Below are positions 63,681-64,000 of a stretch of 64,000 bases of DNA, in pieces (the stretch's first letter is position 1; every line of letters starts with the position of its first letter). The translations under genes were made by a program, and so were the position numbers. This DNA is from Octopus bimaculoides. Its lineage: Eukaryota. Where the stretch lies: positions 24,789,701-24,853,700 of the forward strand of contig NC_068991.1 of NCBI RefSeq assembly GCF_001194135.2, given 5' to 3'. The notes below the pieces were generated by a model. It saw only the letters and a list, made by a program, of their open reading frames with translations. It was not told the DNA's origin and made no database searches.

Positions 63681-63963
63681 CTTGAAGTAAAGAAAAAAAA
63701 AACAAGGAAAAACAGATCAGGTCATTGAATATATTTGTGTTTGTTTATCACAAAGTATAAAGAAAAAAATAGTGGAACATGAATTTTCAATAACAATATT
63801 ATAGGTGTAGGTGTGGCTGTGTGGTAAGAAGTTTGCTTCCGAACCACATATCTTGGGTTCAGTCTCACTGTGTGGCACTACGGGCAAGTGTCTTCTACTA
63901 ATAGATCTGGGCCAACCAAAGTCTTTTGTGTGGATTTAGTAGACAGAAACTGAAAAAAACCCA

Positions 63964-64000
<37 letters not shown>

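Overview
AT-rich (TA/CA/AAT microsatellite-dense), gappy eukaryotic scaffold with 13 N-gaps. The repeat families (tRNA-derived SINEs, RTE LINEs with (GAT)n tails) point to a coleoid cephalopod, most likely Octopus; this is inferred, not database-confirmed. Genes reconstructed by hand from splice sites and reading phase: (1) a complete, isolated histone H4 (4333-4644, minus) with a canonical 3' stem-loop; (2) a histone H2B pseudogene (~11641-11946, plus); (3) a complete 9-exon alpha-SNAP/NAPA gene (19513-37685, plus, 293 aa); (4) a 6-exon EF-hand gene matching EFCAB11 (48380-57927, plus, 174 aa); (5) two in-phase 3' exons of an unidentified minus-strand gene (63546-63680 and 60115-60512) whose 5' part lies beyond the window. 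The rest is transposon debris: a HERO/NeSL-like R2-group RT, RTE LINEs, Tc1, DD37D mariner, a Tigger relic, several MITEs and SINEs. The most striking structure is a ~1.06-kb inverted duplication inside alpha-SNAP. It places a perfect antisense copy of exon 2, with both splice sites, in intron 4, bracketing exons 3-4. It is one of several dsRNA-forming elements in this pre-mRNA, which matters in a lineage known for extensive A-to-I recoding.
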